DNA from: Macrostomum lignano
Taxonomy: Eukaryota
Assembly: GCA_002269645.1 (NCBI GenBank)
Contig: NIVC01000598.1
Coordinates: 124,001-188,000, forward strand
Length of the DNA: 64,000 bases
Direction: 5' to 3'
The first letter of the stretch is position 1. Each line of letters opens with the position of its first letter. The position numbers were made by a program, and so were the translations under genes. Positions 30,979 through 43,377 of the stretch are shown piece after piece. The notes beneath the pieces are model-generated. The model saw only the letters and a list, made by a program, of their open reading frames with translations, was not told the origin of the DNA and ran no database searches.

Positions 30979-31747
30979 TGTAGTAGTGCTTCAATACTGT
31001 ACGAATTTTGAGCAATAAAGGTATGTTTTCTTAGAAACTAAACTCGTGCGAAATACTAGATAAATATTTTGTTTTACCGTACCGAATATTTTTGTTTTAC
31101 TGCGCAAAATAAATTGGGGAATTATTTTTTGTTTTAATCGTATGGGGGGGGGAAACCACTATATATAGGAGCGATTTTATGGCAAATAAAACAACTGTCT
31201 TTTACTCGTGAGCAAATAATTGCGAACAGAATAAGCAGTTCAATCTAAACCATTTCAAAGTCTTTGAGCTAAATAGCGACTTATTTATTTGCAAAACCTG
31301 TGAAACGATTCTAAGAAATTTGCTAAGAGAAGGGAATTGGGACTAATTCTTGGAGATATACCAAGAGAGGCGCCGTGACCCTCTAGTCTCGGTGAACGCC
31401 CGATTAGGACTATACACTAATACATATACCAGTACTAGACCGCTCAGGCCATAAGCTACTAGAACGCTACCAGAAAGCAAGCCATAAGCTACCAGAAACG
31501 CTACTAAGAACGCTACCAGAAACGCTACTAAGAACGCTACCCAGAAATATTTAAATGAAATTCTAAGAAATAGTTAGGGAGTAAAAGCAAGTACAATCAG
31601 GATAACTGTAGTTGGCAAATCGGTGGGATCAAAATTGATAAAGTAAGAGGTGAAAGGCCTGTAACAACTTTGGTGGCAGCTCGTAGGATATTTAATAAAC
31701 ACTAATAGTTAGAAGTTTAGAAAGACAGAGCCAAAAGGCCTGTCACA
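30979..31747 (+). repeat. 3' LTR
   Basis: Direct repeat of 23426-24192, preceded by the PPT and followed by the TSD. Confidence 0.95.
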
Positions 31748-33837
31748 TTATCTATTTGCTTATTATTAGAACTTTAGACTTTAGTCTCTATAATAACTTA
31801 AGTACTAATTAGTTGACATTTTAATTGCCTAATAGGGAATACTAATAGGGGGTTTACTAGGCCAAAATTTTACATTGCTAAAAGCAGTTTCCTTAACAAG
31901 GCCAAATATTCACTAGGCCAAAATTTCATTATACCAAAAAATATTTTTACTGGCATCTTTCACTAGGCCAAAATAGCTAGCATGTTATTTCATAAGGCCA
32001 AAATTTCACTGGGCCTAAATTTGGGCTGAGCAAGTAATTTACTATGCTATATATGCATTGAATTTGTACAAATATACATATGGAATTATCAACCAACTTG
32101 GTATATATAGCCAGTATAAATTATAATAGACCAAGGCAAATGGTAAGTTGCAAAGCTAACAACCAAAAACTAGACATAAATATCAATGAACTAAGAAAAT
32201 GGATAAGGAAGCAAAATTAAAGCAAATATTTAACAAATAAAATATCAATAGCATCTAAAGGGACCAAGTGGCCAGTGTTGCCATACCTGCATAAATTGTA
32301 CACAGCTGCACAAAATTTCAAAATCTGTACAAATGTGCAAAAATGAGGAAATCCCCCTTTTCTATGCAAGTGGGATAGTCAATCATTTTTTTCGAATTAC
32401 CTTTTTATGTTTTATGTAAGATTTATACTATTTATACACAGTGGTCAATAGAGTATGTACTATAGAAATGAAGAGACTGATAGTCTGCCAAACTATTTGG
32501 AGCTAAGGCTCAAGCAAGACAATAACCAAAAAATTTATAAAAAGGGTTAGTAAGCCCTCACAATAATATATTTATTTGTAGTCACAATTAGCTAGTGTGG
32601 AGGGGTATGCAAAATGGGCCTAGGCTAGACCAGCATATATAGCAAACTGAATAAAGCATGTACATTAAATCAAGCAATGCAGGGAAAATCAATAAGTTAA
32701 TAGTCTACTCCCAAACAGGATACATTATAAAACTACTTAAATTACTACCTTGACACTATATATAATTATTTGTACTAGATGTAAATGTGTTATAGATGTG
32801 TATTTCCCTTTTTTGGGCCTCTATAAGTGATTAGGGGCCTAGCTACATAGTAGCAATACTATAGAAGAAAGTTTGCCATGTTATAGATGCATTAATATAT
32901 ACAATAGGTCTATTTCAATAGAGGCATGCAATGGTATAGTGGCATATAATTTGAAGAACTGTCTTAGCTGCTATTTTTGGATAGGAATAGCTCATAGAGC
33001 ATTCTGTCATTGATTTCAAATGTTTTGCATTTAATTTATGCATTGGGTTGATGGATTTTTAGCCCAACCTTGCATAATTGAAGGACTTGTCAAAAGTGCA
33101 AGACATCTATTAATTTTGCAAAGAAGGCTTTTTCATTGCATAAAAAACAGAATATGCTTTACCAACTTATAAATAAAAAGGGCAGTCTTGGCTGCACAAA
33201 GATTTACTATAGCTTGAGTGGTAACACTGCAAGTGGCTAGATGTAGAAGCTTTGTGGGTCATCTCTGGCCTGTAGTCTAAAGCTTGCTAATATAGTATCT
33301 AGTGAGTTTTTTATTGGCATACATTTGTATACAAATAAATAAATTTCAAATTTCTTTCTGTCATTATATTCTGTTATGAGCTATTCTATGGCTTGCTCAT
33401 TCAAGGCAGTACTTGAATAATGCCTTATACCTTAAGGCTGTCAATGTTATCAATAAGCCTTTTATGCAATTTGGCCTAGTTTCTCTTCAATTATTTCTTT
33501 CTCTAGGGTTGGCTGAACATCCCCCTATTGCTAACTTCAATTCTAAGTATTAAAAAACAAATTTTCAATTTGTATTTTATGTGAATATAACATCAAAAGA
33601 TATTGTAAATAATGGGTAACACAATTTCATAGAATAATGTTTCTCAATTCTTACCATTGATCAAATAATGTTGTGGCACTAAGTAAACTTAAAAACTATT
33701 TTGTCTTGTGTGCAATCACAAATTACCTTTCAATACTGATTATTATTTTTTCTATATGCTTCCAGAATTCTTTAATTTTTATTTAATTTTCTAAATTGCA
33801 TTCATGCTAAGCTGCTCAAATTGCTGACAAAGCAGTG

Positions 33838-35999
33838 ATGATGATGAATGGCCACAGCCCCATGCCCAGCTGGCAGCAGCTGCTGGCTACTCTGGATGCC
33901 AGTTTTGACAGCGCCAAGTCTGCTGTCCTGACCCAAGTTGACCCCACTGGTGCAAGCCCAGTACTTGGCCACCTGTCCCGGGTGCTGGACTACAATGTGC
34001 CGCATGGCAAGAAAACCCGCGGTGTCACCGTGCTGCTCGCCTGGGCTGCCTTTGCCAAAGACCGCGCCATCGCTGATGCTGAGACCGCCTGTCCGGCTGC
34101 CTGGGCCGTGGAGCTGCTGCAGGCCTCCTTCCTGGTGCACGACGACATCATGGACGGCAGTCAGACTCGGCGCGGCCGGCCCTGCTGGTTCCGCAATGAC
34201 GGTGTGGGGCTCATGGCAGTCAACGATGGCATCTTCCTCGACCAGGTGGGCCTTCTGGACCTTCTGAGCCTCCCAAATCCTCAGTTGCTGGGCCACCGCT
34301 AGCCTCCCAGATCCTCAGTTGCTGGGCCACCGCTACCCTCCCAGATCCTCAGTTGCTGGGTAACCGCTACCCTCCCAGACCCCTATCTCGTCTATCTCCC
34401 TCCTGTTCAGACAAGGCCCATGTCCAAGCCTCTAAATCAGTAGCATAAGTGCTCGTATAATACATTATCTAGCTCTATATGAGCGCACTGCACCATCTCA
34501 AAGCCATCGCGCATCCCGAATCCTCTCACAGGCGCTGTACGCTCTCCTGTCCTCGGCGTACAGCGAGCATCCGCAGTACAGTCGGCTGATGGACCTCTTC
34601 CACTCAGTGACCCTGACCACCTGCATTGGCCAGGCCTTGGACATGAGCCTCGGCGTGTCTGGCCTCACCTGGTCAGCTTATAGAGAGATGGTCTGCCGCA
34701 AGACCGCTCACTATTCCTTTCACCTGCCCGTGGCGGCGGCGCTGCTGTTGCGCAATCGGCCAGAACTGGTTGGCGTTGCCAAGCCGTTGCTGCTGCGCAT
34801 CGGGGAGTACTTTCAGGTAGAAATTTCAGATGTGAAATCCTTCGTTTTCTGTAACTCTTAGTTGATTTTTTGGTGTAGGGCCAGAAGGGGCGTTCGCCAC
34901 CAGCGCTGCAAGTTAAGCTGTGTTGGTCGCGGTTAGTACGCAAATGCAGCTAAATAGGCTCTCGACGGGAAATCATTTTCCTAGCAAAATCTGCAATTCA
35001 GTTATAAAACTGGTCTGCAGAGGTTTCAGTGGCACTAAACACTAAATCCAAAAACCTAGGCGGTACAGTTTGCCAATAAAGCCACCGCAAGACCATCGAT
35101 CAGCAGTCGATCATCGAGTCCGCTCTTCGCCTGGTCTTGCCGACGGCAAGCAGCGTGGTGCTCGCTACGAGGCCCATATTTTCAAGGGCCCGTATCAGAC
35201 GTGGGCCGAGGCACAAAAGCACGAGCAAGTTGTATGTGCCCGCCAGCTGTTTTCCCACCTTGCTTCTGTTTTTCGTGTGCCATTTGACACAGTTAAGTGA
35301 CAGTTACGAGCTATTTCCCATCACGACTCCTTCAAGGCAGCCACTGTGACTGAGTTGAGCTGAGCTGCGACCCTTAACAGTGGCAGACTGCGAGTACTGC
35401 GCCAGCTGCACACAGTCCTCGGGTGCGCTGCGCTGTTGCAGCGTTTCAGTCGTATTTTCATCAATTATTCTATTTTGCTTTCCTTACGATAACTAGATTG
35501 GGCTCTTGAACTTGATGAGCGAGTTAGCAGTATTAGGTTGAGATTCTGGATCCTATATTGGCTGCTTCAATATGCGAAATCCAAACCAAACACCTCCCTG
35601 AAGGCCCAGGACGACTACTTGGACTTCTATGGCGATCCGGCCGAGACTGGCAAGATCGGCACCGACATCCAGGAAGCCAAGTGCTCCTGGCTGGCGCTCA
35701 CCGCGCTGGACCGCCTGCGCGCCGCCGCCTCCGCCAAGCCCGACGGCGACAATTCGCCATCGCCTAGCGAGGCCTCCTCGCTGCTGGCCCGCTTTCAGGA
35801 CTGCTACGGACAGTCCGAGCCGGACCGGGTGGCCGCAGTTGGCGACATCTATCGGCGCCTCCGGCTAGACGCCGCCTACGCAGAATTCGAGGCGGCCGAA
35901 TTCGCCAGCATCGGCGCCAGCGTGGAGCAGCTGGACAGCCCGGAGCTGCGGCTGGTCTGCCGCACCCTGCTGCAGCTGATCCACGGCCGGCGGAAGTGA
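33838..35999 (+). CDS. FDPS: Farnesyl diphosphate synthase-family trans-prenyltransferase, about 362 aa, 3 exons
   Basis: Exons 33838-34245, 34532-34816 and 35604-35999; all introns GT-AG, phase 0. Motifs: GKKTRG, ELLQASFLVHDDIMDGSQTRRGRPCW (FARM), GQALD, KTAHYSF, GEYFQ|AQDDYLDFYGDPAETGKIGTDIQEAKCSW (SARM), C-terminal GRRK. Confidence 0.93.
34268..34385. repeat. Short intronic repeat, about 3 copies of CCTCCCAGATCCTCAGTTGCTGGGCCACCGCT
   Basis: Same unit as the 48540-48810 array. Confidence 0.85.
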
Positions 36000-37357
36000 C
36001 ACTAAGGAAATCTCAGCCAAATCTGCTTATTTCCTCTTTATTTTCCTTCCGCTCTACTTTCAGTAGTACATGTAGGTAAAGAAATCAGTGGCTTTATTTT
36101 GCTAAAGCTCGAAAAGTTTTTTAAAGAATGTCATTTTACCAACTTTCTGTAGAAACGCGTAGTTTATGAAGACTGAATTTTACAGTGTTCCACATTGCGA
36201 GCACGTGGCTTCTTAAGCCAAGCAGTTATGCGTTGTATTATGAGAATCATGAGAAGTGGAGACAAGACAAATGAGGAGAGAAGAGAAGAGAGAGGACATT
36301 AGAGAGCAGTCAGAAAAGACACAAACATTGAGCGGGCCGGATTGCTATTATTGTAAAGTTTCAAAGGACCCCAGGGTCGGATAGAGAGGCCTAAGAATTG
36401 ACAACTCGTTCTTGTTTGATTGCACAGTGAGTTTTTGTATTTCTTTCAAAACTTTTTAGAATAATTAAAAATTGCTTGTTAGTAAAAATTCCCAAACAAG
36501 TATGACGCTTTTCTTTACGATCCAGTTGGATCTGTCGGTATTCAATTTTCGTATTCCTCAGCATGCAGTGGGAATGGATTTCGGTGTGTAATGTTTTTAA
36601 TTGGATTGATTTCGTTACTTTTTTAATAGCATTGCAGCTGAACTGCATCAGGGCTGCTGCTGGTTTTGGTAGTTCGGACGCTTGTAGCGTCATCGTTTTG
36701 TTCAAGAAACTGCTGTACTTCCTCTGTAGCCTTCTGACAATGTTTTACCGCATTACATTGCCTCATGCTAAGCATTACACAGTCATAGAACACCTACTGC
36801 ATTCTGGGTTTTGTTTTTTTATGGCTGATGTACCTGTGAGCCATTTTAAAGTGGAAAATCTGAAATAATAGTGATCCATTTCACACTTAGAGGCTGTACT
36901 TTAACCGAAAGATTTATTAATCTTGAGCTTAAAATTTTCCGCCTTCGATGTTTTTTGGGAATGTGAGGGATAGTTAACAATTCTATTCATTAGATGTTGA
37001 CTGATGGCGCTCTGAATTTGTTAAATCACATGAAACTGTACATGTTTATTGCTTATCATGCGAGTCGTGCAGAGCGAGAATAAAAAGGTATTGAAGGAAG
37101 AATGGATGCAACTAATAGGTTGTGAGTTTATAGTCTTGGTTTACCAGGTGCCGGGGTACTAGTAATTTGCGCATACAGCACTCAGAAAACACGAATTTCA
37201 GGAAATTAGAAAAATGTCAAAATTGTTTAAACACACTAATTTTTAGCAAAAATATTCGCCCCTGCCAGGCGTGCCCGCTAAAAATTACTCTTACTTGCCA
37301 GCTATAAAGACAGCTAAGTTAATTCTGACATGACACTTCTTTTATGGTTGACAGACA

Positions 37358-37964
37358 CATAGGCGTAGGAACGGGGGGGGCAGTGGGGCCATGCCCCCCA
37401 CTTTTTAAAATGGAGGGGGGCCAGTAATGGTATCTGGCCCCTCCACATTTTAAATGTAAAATGTAGACTTCTTGCTTATTTTTGGTTTTTGCTGCTTTGC
37501 ATGAATGCGTTTTGCTGCAGGGCGACAAAACATAGCGCCTGCAGCGCCAAAATGAGTGCCTGCGGTGCCAAAATGAGTGCCTGCGGTGCCAAAATGAGTG
37601 CCTGCGGTGCCAAAATGAGTGCCTGCGGTGCCAAAATGAGTGCCTGCGGTGCCAAAATGAGTGCCTGCGGTGCCACAATGAGTGCCTGCGGTGCTAAAAT
37701 GAGTGCCTGCGGCGCTAAAATGAGTGCTTGCGGCGCTAAAATAAGTGCCTGCAGCGCTTAAATGAGTACCTGCGGCGCCAAAATGAGTGCCTGCGGCGCC
37801 AAAATGAGTGCTGACAAGATGGATTGAAAATAATCGGTAACATTTTCCATTTAAAAAATCTAACTCGACGGGGGCGTGTGCGCGCCCTGTGCTTCCCCCC
37901 CCCCCCCCCCCCTAAATCCGTCACTGAACCTGCCCCCAGTTTTTGAAACGTTCCTACGCCTATG
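37358..37964. mobile_element. hAT-type MITE (607 bp) carrying a 21-bp tandem repeat
   Basis: 16-bp TIR CATAGGCGTAGGAACG / CGTTCCTACGCCTATG. Flanking 8-mers GACAGACA and GACAAACA (TSD with 1 mismatch). Internal (GTGCCTGCGGTGCCAAAATGA)n at about 37535-37812. Confidence 0.8.
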
Positions 37965-37981
37965 GACAAACATCATGAATA

Positions 37982-38533
37982 TACCTTTTTACGTTCTATT
38001 TGATAAAAACTGCAACCAATTTGGCCACGGCTCAGCCTGACCATAGACATAGAATTTTCCATAGACAGCCACCGCCAGCGGCAACCAATTTGGTAAAAAC
38101 TGCGAGCTATTTTGCCAGCTTGAAGATAGCAGCTGCTCTGATGGCGAATCGTGGGCCGTACCAAAAGATAAGTCAGCTGGATCGAGAGCGAATCGTGAGA
38201 GCGTACAGGAGTGGCGACGACTGGGGAGAGCTTGGCAGCTTGGCATCACGCCTCTCAAGTGCCTGCGCTGGATCAACCATTCCCAGACGTACTTCAATCG
38301 GTGCTTGAATGCTGAGGACATAATGTTCTGACTTCGTGCATGTATTGTTAACATTCTTTATCGTTATTGTTATGCTATTGAGCTGCTATCTTCAAGCCGG
38401 CAAAACAGCTCGCAGTTTCCACCAAATTGGTTGCCGCCAGCGGTGGCTGTCTATGGAAAATTGCTGCGGCTGCGTCAGGCTGAGCCGTGGCCAAATTGGT
38501 TGCAGTTTTTATCAATTAGAACGTAAAAAGGAA
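37982..38533 (+). mobile_element. Internally deleted Tc1/IS630-like transposon
   Basis: Imperfect TIRs of about 165 bp flanked by TA. The interior fuses a transposase N-terminus (MANRGPYQKISQLDRERIVRAYRSGDDW) to a C-terminus (GITPLKCLRWINHSQTYFNRCLNAEDIMF*). Confidence 0.78.
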
Positions 38534-40229
38534 TATTTTGGAAAACGTGTAACGCTTGTATGCACATGTGCCTTGGATAGTGGTTTCTTGGAAAATTTAC
38601 GAATAAAACAAAAATTCTTTGAATTTGTATTCTAGGGATTAACTCGGTTGTCAAAAGGTTAAAAGTTCGTTTTTTTTATTCACACGGTCAGTGTTTCTTA
38701 GTTCCAAAAAAATTTTTCTAAGTACTATTAAAATTCATTCTTTTCTTAAAGTACTGAATTTTTCACAAATACATTGTACTTATACTAATAGCCTCCTCTT
38801 GAATTATTATTAAATCATAAATTGAATTATACTAACCAAACAGGCTTTTTGCCTGAGCCAAACTTAGTACGACTACTACTTTTTGAGTGATGATGTATTT
38901 GCATTTAAATTTATAATTTTGGATTTGTCCATTGTACAATTTGATTTTTACCTTAAAAATGCGCAATGTTAAAATGTGTATGTAAATAAAATATTATAAA
39001 TGCAATAAAAATTAGAAAATCTACATGCTTTTTAAACTAAAGTAAAATCAGTAGAGAGAGACCAAGACCTAAAATAGACTATGCCCATGCCCATCTAGCT
39101 CATACTTTTGCCTTGCTTAGGCCTATTTTTTATCATAATCAATGCTTACTCTAAAAAGCCATGGTATTTAATATTAATGTTAATGTTATAAATGGCATGC
39201 ACTAAAATGTGGAAGCAGATGCAAAAGCAAATGCAGTGGAATGTTAATCTAAATTGCAGAACACTAGTAGTAGTACTAGTGGACAAAAATTGTTAAAATT
39301 GCAAAAAATTGGATATAAAATTGCATAAAAATTAATGTAATTCTTACAAGGAATTGGAAGGCAATAAATTAAAATTGTGCCAATTTTTGCTCAATTAATT
39401 GTAATTTTTACAATTCTAATTGTACAAAATTGTAATTTTGGTATTTTAAAAAAATTATATATACTGAACTGATATAGCAATTTGTTTACAATTCTATTGC
39501 AATAGGATTATCTAATTTAGCTTCAATTAAGTTATTCTTAAAGGTTGAAAAAGAAATAAAAAATAAAGTAGTAAGTCATCTAAAATTATAACAAATCAAA
39601 CTGTATAAACTTTTTATTTATTGTATACCAAAACAAAACCAATAATTTGTTAATAACTAGTTTGTTCTATAGAACTAGAATTTAAAAGGTATAGTGTTAT
39701 ATTTAATTAATAAAAAATAAAGTTCACAAATAGAAAATGTTAGGCCTATAGAACAACAATTTATTTTTTCTAAATAATAGAAATGTATATTTAGTAGAGC
39801 AAAATTGAACATTTCTAGAAAATAATATTTCTAATATAACTAAATATCTAATACATCTAAAAAATATTGAAATATAAGCTCTGGCTCTCTACCTCTTTCC
39901 TTATTAAAGACCAAGCAACACCTAGATTTCTTTACAAGATAGAAAATCTTCTTCCAAACTAGTATTATCCAAATCAACTCTGTATGACTTTTTTCACTTA
40001 GCTATTTTACTGCCCTTTAGCAAAGTGTAATTTTGCAATGCAATAATGATATTTGGCTTCTATTTTGTTCTACAATCCATGCCAAAATAGCCTTTGCATG
40101 CAGCCAAAATATAGTTGCTAGATATAGGACAGGTACAACAAATTGTTGGAATTTGTTGGAATTGTTGCCTTTTAGAATAAAGTAGACCATTGTTTACATT
40201 CCTTTATTCCTTGATTGCCTGCCATATTT

Positions 40230-41050
40230 TCTAGTTAGATAAGTAGATATGCAAGCCTAACTGGGTACTCGCAAAGCAACTGGTGAAACTCAGGGTATAA
40301 TGATAATGAATACTTTCCCAAGCCAGCAAAAGTGCATTTGATTTCCTGTAAATAGAAACATTATAAATAATACAAAACAAGTTCTATGCTATCAATTGGG
40401 AGTTCTTACTAAGACTACATGCTTGAGAACTGTGTTAAAACTCTTGGCCTAATTGATTGTCAATCCAGAGAAGGAGTTATAAAGTCTAAACTTTTTGATA
40501 ATTATCTAATGATCTTGTTCACAACAAGAGCTTGCCAATTCTTTAGATAATTTAGTCTTTGAAATTTTCTTCCTATTTCTCAGACTTAGCAAATAGCTTT
40601 GTATTATACTCTTTAACATAGGAGAGTCTCCATATTTGCAATAGCATATCAATGATTGAGGCTTCCAAGGCTTCCAAATTGTTGCTTTTAAGCCTAAATT
40701 TAATGTCTTTTAGAGCATGGGTTTGGCAGAGCAGATGCTGCTTCTGTGACCCAGATTTAGCAATTGTATTGACAATGGCTCTTTCAGAATCTATGGTAAA
40801 GATGCCATTGCAATTGGCTATAGATGGTACATGCTTCAAAGGTACCTGGAAAAAAACTGTAAGACACTCTTTTAGATTAGAAAAGTTGTTATAGATTAGA
40901 AAAGTGGCAGGTATGACAGGAGCAACACTATCAGACAACTCTAGTAGTAGATGACAAAATGTTTGCATTGAAACAAAAAATGCCAAGTTTGAAGGTGGTA
41001 TTGTATGCCAGCTAATTGTGCTTTTGAAGACCCTGAGAGTCTAGGATCTT
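40230..41050 (-). pseudogene. Decayed MULE/Mutator transposase remnant
   Basis: PATFLIY...FTIDSERAIVNTIAKSGSQKQHLLCQTHALKDIKFRL is the MULE-domain D-x-E...HLLC-x2-H pattern. Downstream TIN*AKSFNTVLK is a decayed TNNxAESxN motif, followed by ELPIDS and EIKCTFAGLGKYSL with stops and frameshifts. Confidence 0.72.
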
Positions 41051-42529
41051 ATTTAGACTTAAAAGCATCTCTGGGGCTACAACAGTGACAGATGTTTGGA
41101 ATTAGTGTCATTGAGGGAATGCTATGGGAGTCAAGAGCCAATTTATACAAATTACAAATTGCATCATTACTTAATCAGACAGATTTTAATACTTTTGATT
41201 AGACATTGTACACTTGCTTCTAGTTCCTAGGGTTTAGCACACGCTGATACCTAGGCTCATCCAGTTTAGCAGATAGTCTAGCCTTGTATACATGGCTTAT
41301 ATTTGCATTTTGCAAATTAGTGCAAATAGCCTCCTCCATTTTGTGTAAACTTAGACACATTCAGACATAGGCAGTGCTTCTATGCGAGTTTCCATGTGGT
41401 ACTGATTTGATAGTTGACTTATCATCAATATATATAAGAAGCTTATAGGGGAGCAGTGATGGGTTTGTATCTGCCCCATCTGGAAGTTGGTACACAGTCC
41501 AACAAAATGTGCTTTCACCATTGGAAGGCACATGTATTTATATCAAACATGTATCAGAGCTACCACACATTATTATACTCTACATATATTCAGATATATA
41601 AGTATATTGTACACATAAATGTAACAGTACAGAAATAGAAGACTAGAACTCCTAGACAATTTTAATGTGACAAGTCATGACAAGCAATTTTTAGGATTTG
41701 TTTTTATCACATCTATCACAGATATGATATTTCAAGCCACAGTGAGGACAAGAAGTGCTTGTGATCATATAGGACCATGAGGAAACTTTTAATCACAGTT
41801 AGTTAGTCTCTATTAGTTATTTGAAGAATTGAGAACTTACTAGTAGTAGACTAGGCCTCCAAAATATAATAATGGCAGGTTCCAAATTATTTTAATTAAG
41901 AAGCAGTTTTCTCAAAAAAGTATACTTTGGCTTGAGGTTATACAAAATGGTTTCCTTGTTTTTTGGTGTCTGCTCTTTGGTACCTAGCATTTTTATAGGC
42001 CTACCCTAGTTTGCTTTTCATTTTAATATCCTAGTTTTTAAGCCTGAAGAAAATATAATCTAATAAAAATAGCAAAAATTCTTTAGAACATTGTTTCTTT
42101 ACTTACTAAAAGCATTATTCATTTTATTAAAAAGGCATTTTTTATTTAGAAAATCTTAATTCATTAAATTATTTTATCTTATGACTATATAAAGCATATA
42201 TGCTAAACTTTTATTGCTTTAGTTAGGTAAAAATAAAATCTATCAATAATGCTATGTGAAGTTTCAATCAAAATGATGAATACAATATATCTACTTAGTA
42301 TTGACTAACAATTAGTGTCCCCTAGTGAAAAGGCAAAACAAATGATAGTATACCTTTATATTTATTGATTCCTTTCATTGGCCTTGACATCTTAGCAATT
42401 CCCCCATACACCTTGATGTCTTAGTCGTTTTCCTTAAGTCACAACACTTCATTTTCCCCAAGCTTTGACATCTTAACAATTCTTGAATGAATCTTCCATA
42501 TTTAATATGACATTCTATATTTCACATTG

Positions 42530-42745
42530 ATGCTCCTATTATATTTGACATGATGCTTCTATTGTTTTTGATATAATGCTTCTATTATGTTTGCCATTAT
42601 GCTTCTATTATGTTTGATATATATAATGCTTCTTTTTGACATGACACTTAGCTATTATGGTTTACATGACAATTCTTTTGTGTTTGACATGGCACTTTTT
42701 TATATGACACTCTATATTTGAAATGATGCTTCTTTTATGTCTGGC
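42530..42745. repeat. Highly diverged short array resembling the 23-bp satellite
   Basis: Units such as ATATTTGACATGATGCTTCTATT, ATGTTTGCCATTATGCTTCTATT and GTGTTTGACATGGCACTTTTTT, compared with consensus ATGTTTGACATGGTGGCTCTTTT. Confidence 0.6.
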
Positions 42746-43377
42746 CCTTGTAGCAGTATAAATTAGAAGTTGTTTTATAAGAAATACTTCTAATTTGTCA
42801 CAATCCCAATCATAACCATAATGAAAGGATTAGAACATTCATACCAAACGAAAATGTTATATCAAAACTTGTAGTTTCTATTGTATACATTATACATTAA
42901 ATTATATTTTCCTATTGAAAGCTAGAACATGGCCTCCCTCATTAAAAAGTGGGAAGATACATGGTCTTTGCTCTCTACTATTCTATTGGCATATGATATT
43001 AGAAAGTATCCTTTTTAAAATTTATATTTAGTGTCATGTTTATGTAAAAAAACACCTTTATCTAGCTCCATATGGTCAGAAATTATAATAGGTATTAAAG
43101 CTCCAACACATACAATAGTTTTTTGCTTGATTCAATGATTTATGCCATTTGGGCTCTGTATTTTATTCTGTTGCTTGGAATTAATATTCAAAGTGTATAC
43201 TAACAGTAGGCTGGAATGAATCATTAATGCATTCATTTAATTCATTTTTTGGATTTTTCTCCAATTGCATCTAACCTTTGCAGTTGAATCTACCAGTCTG
43301 CAATATCGACTGTATGGGGGACCATTGAGCTGCCATCATTAGTTTAGAGCCTCTTTTTAAGACTCAGAAGGTCCTCA

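Larger units (their letters stand above)
23426..31747 (+). mobile_element. Young non-autonomous (RT-less) Gypsy-type LTR retroelement with a nested DNA transposon and an extra ORF
   Basis: LTRs 23426-24192 (767 bp) and 30979-31747 (769 bp), TGT...ACA. By eye they differ only in a G7 versus G9 run. 4-bp TSD TTAT (23422-23425 and 31748-31751). PBS TGGTGGCAGCG at 24195-24205 (tRNA-Leu type). PPT AAGAGGAGGAAG at 30966-30977. Confidence 0.95.
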
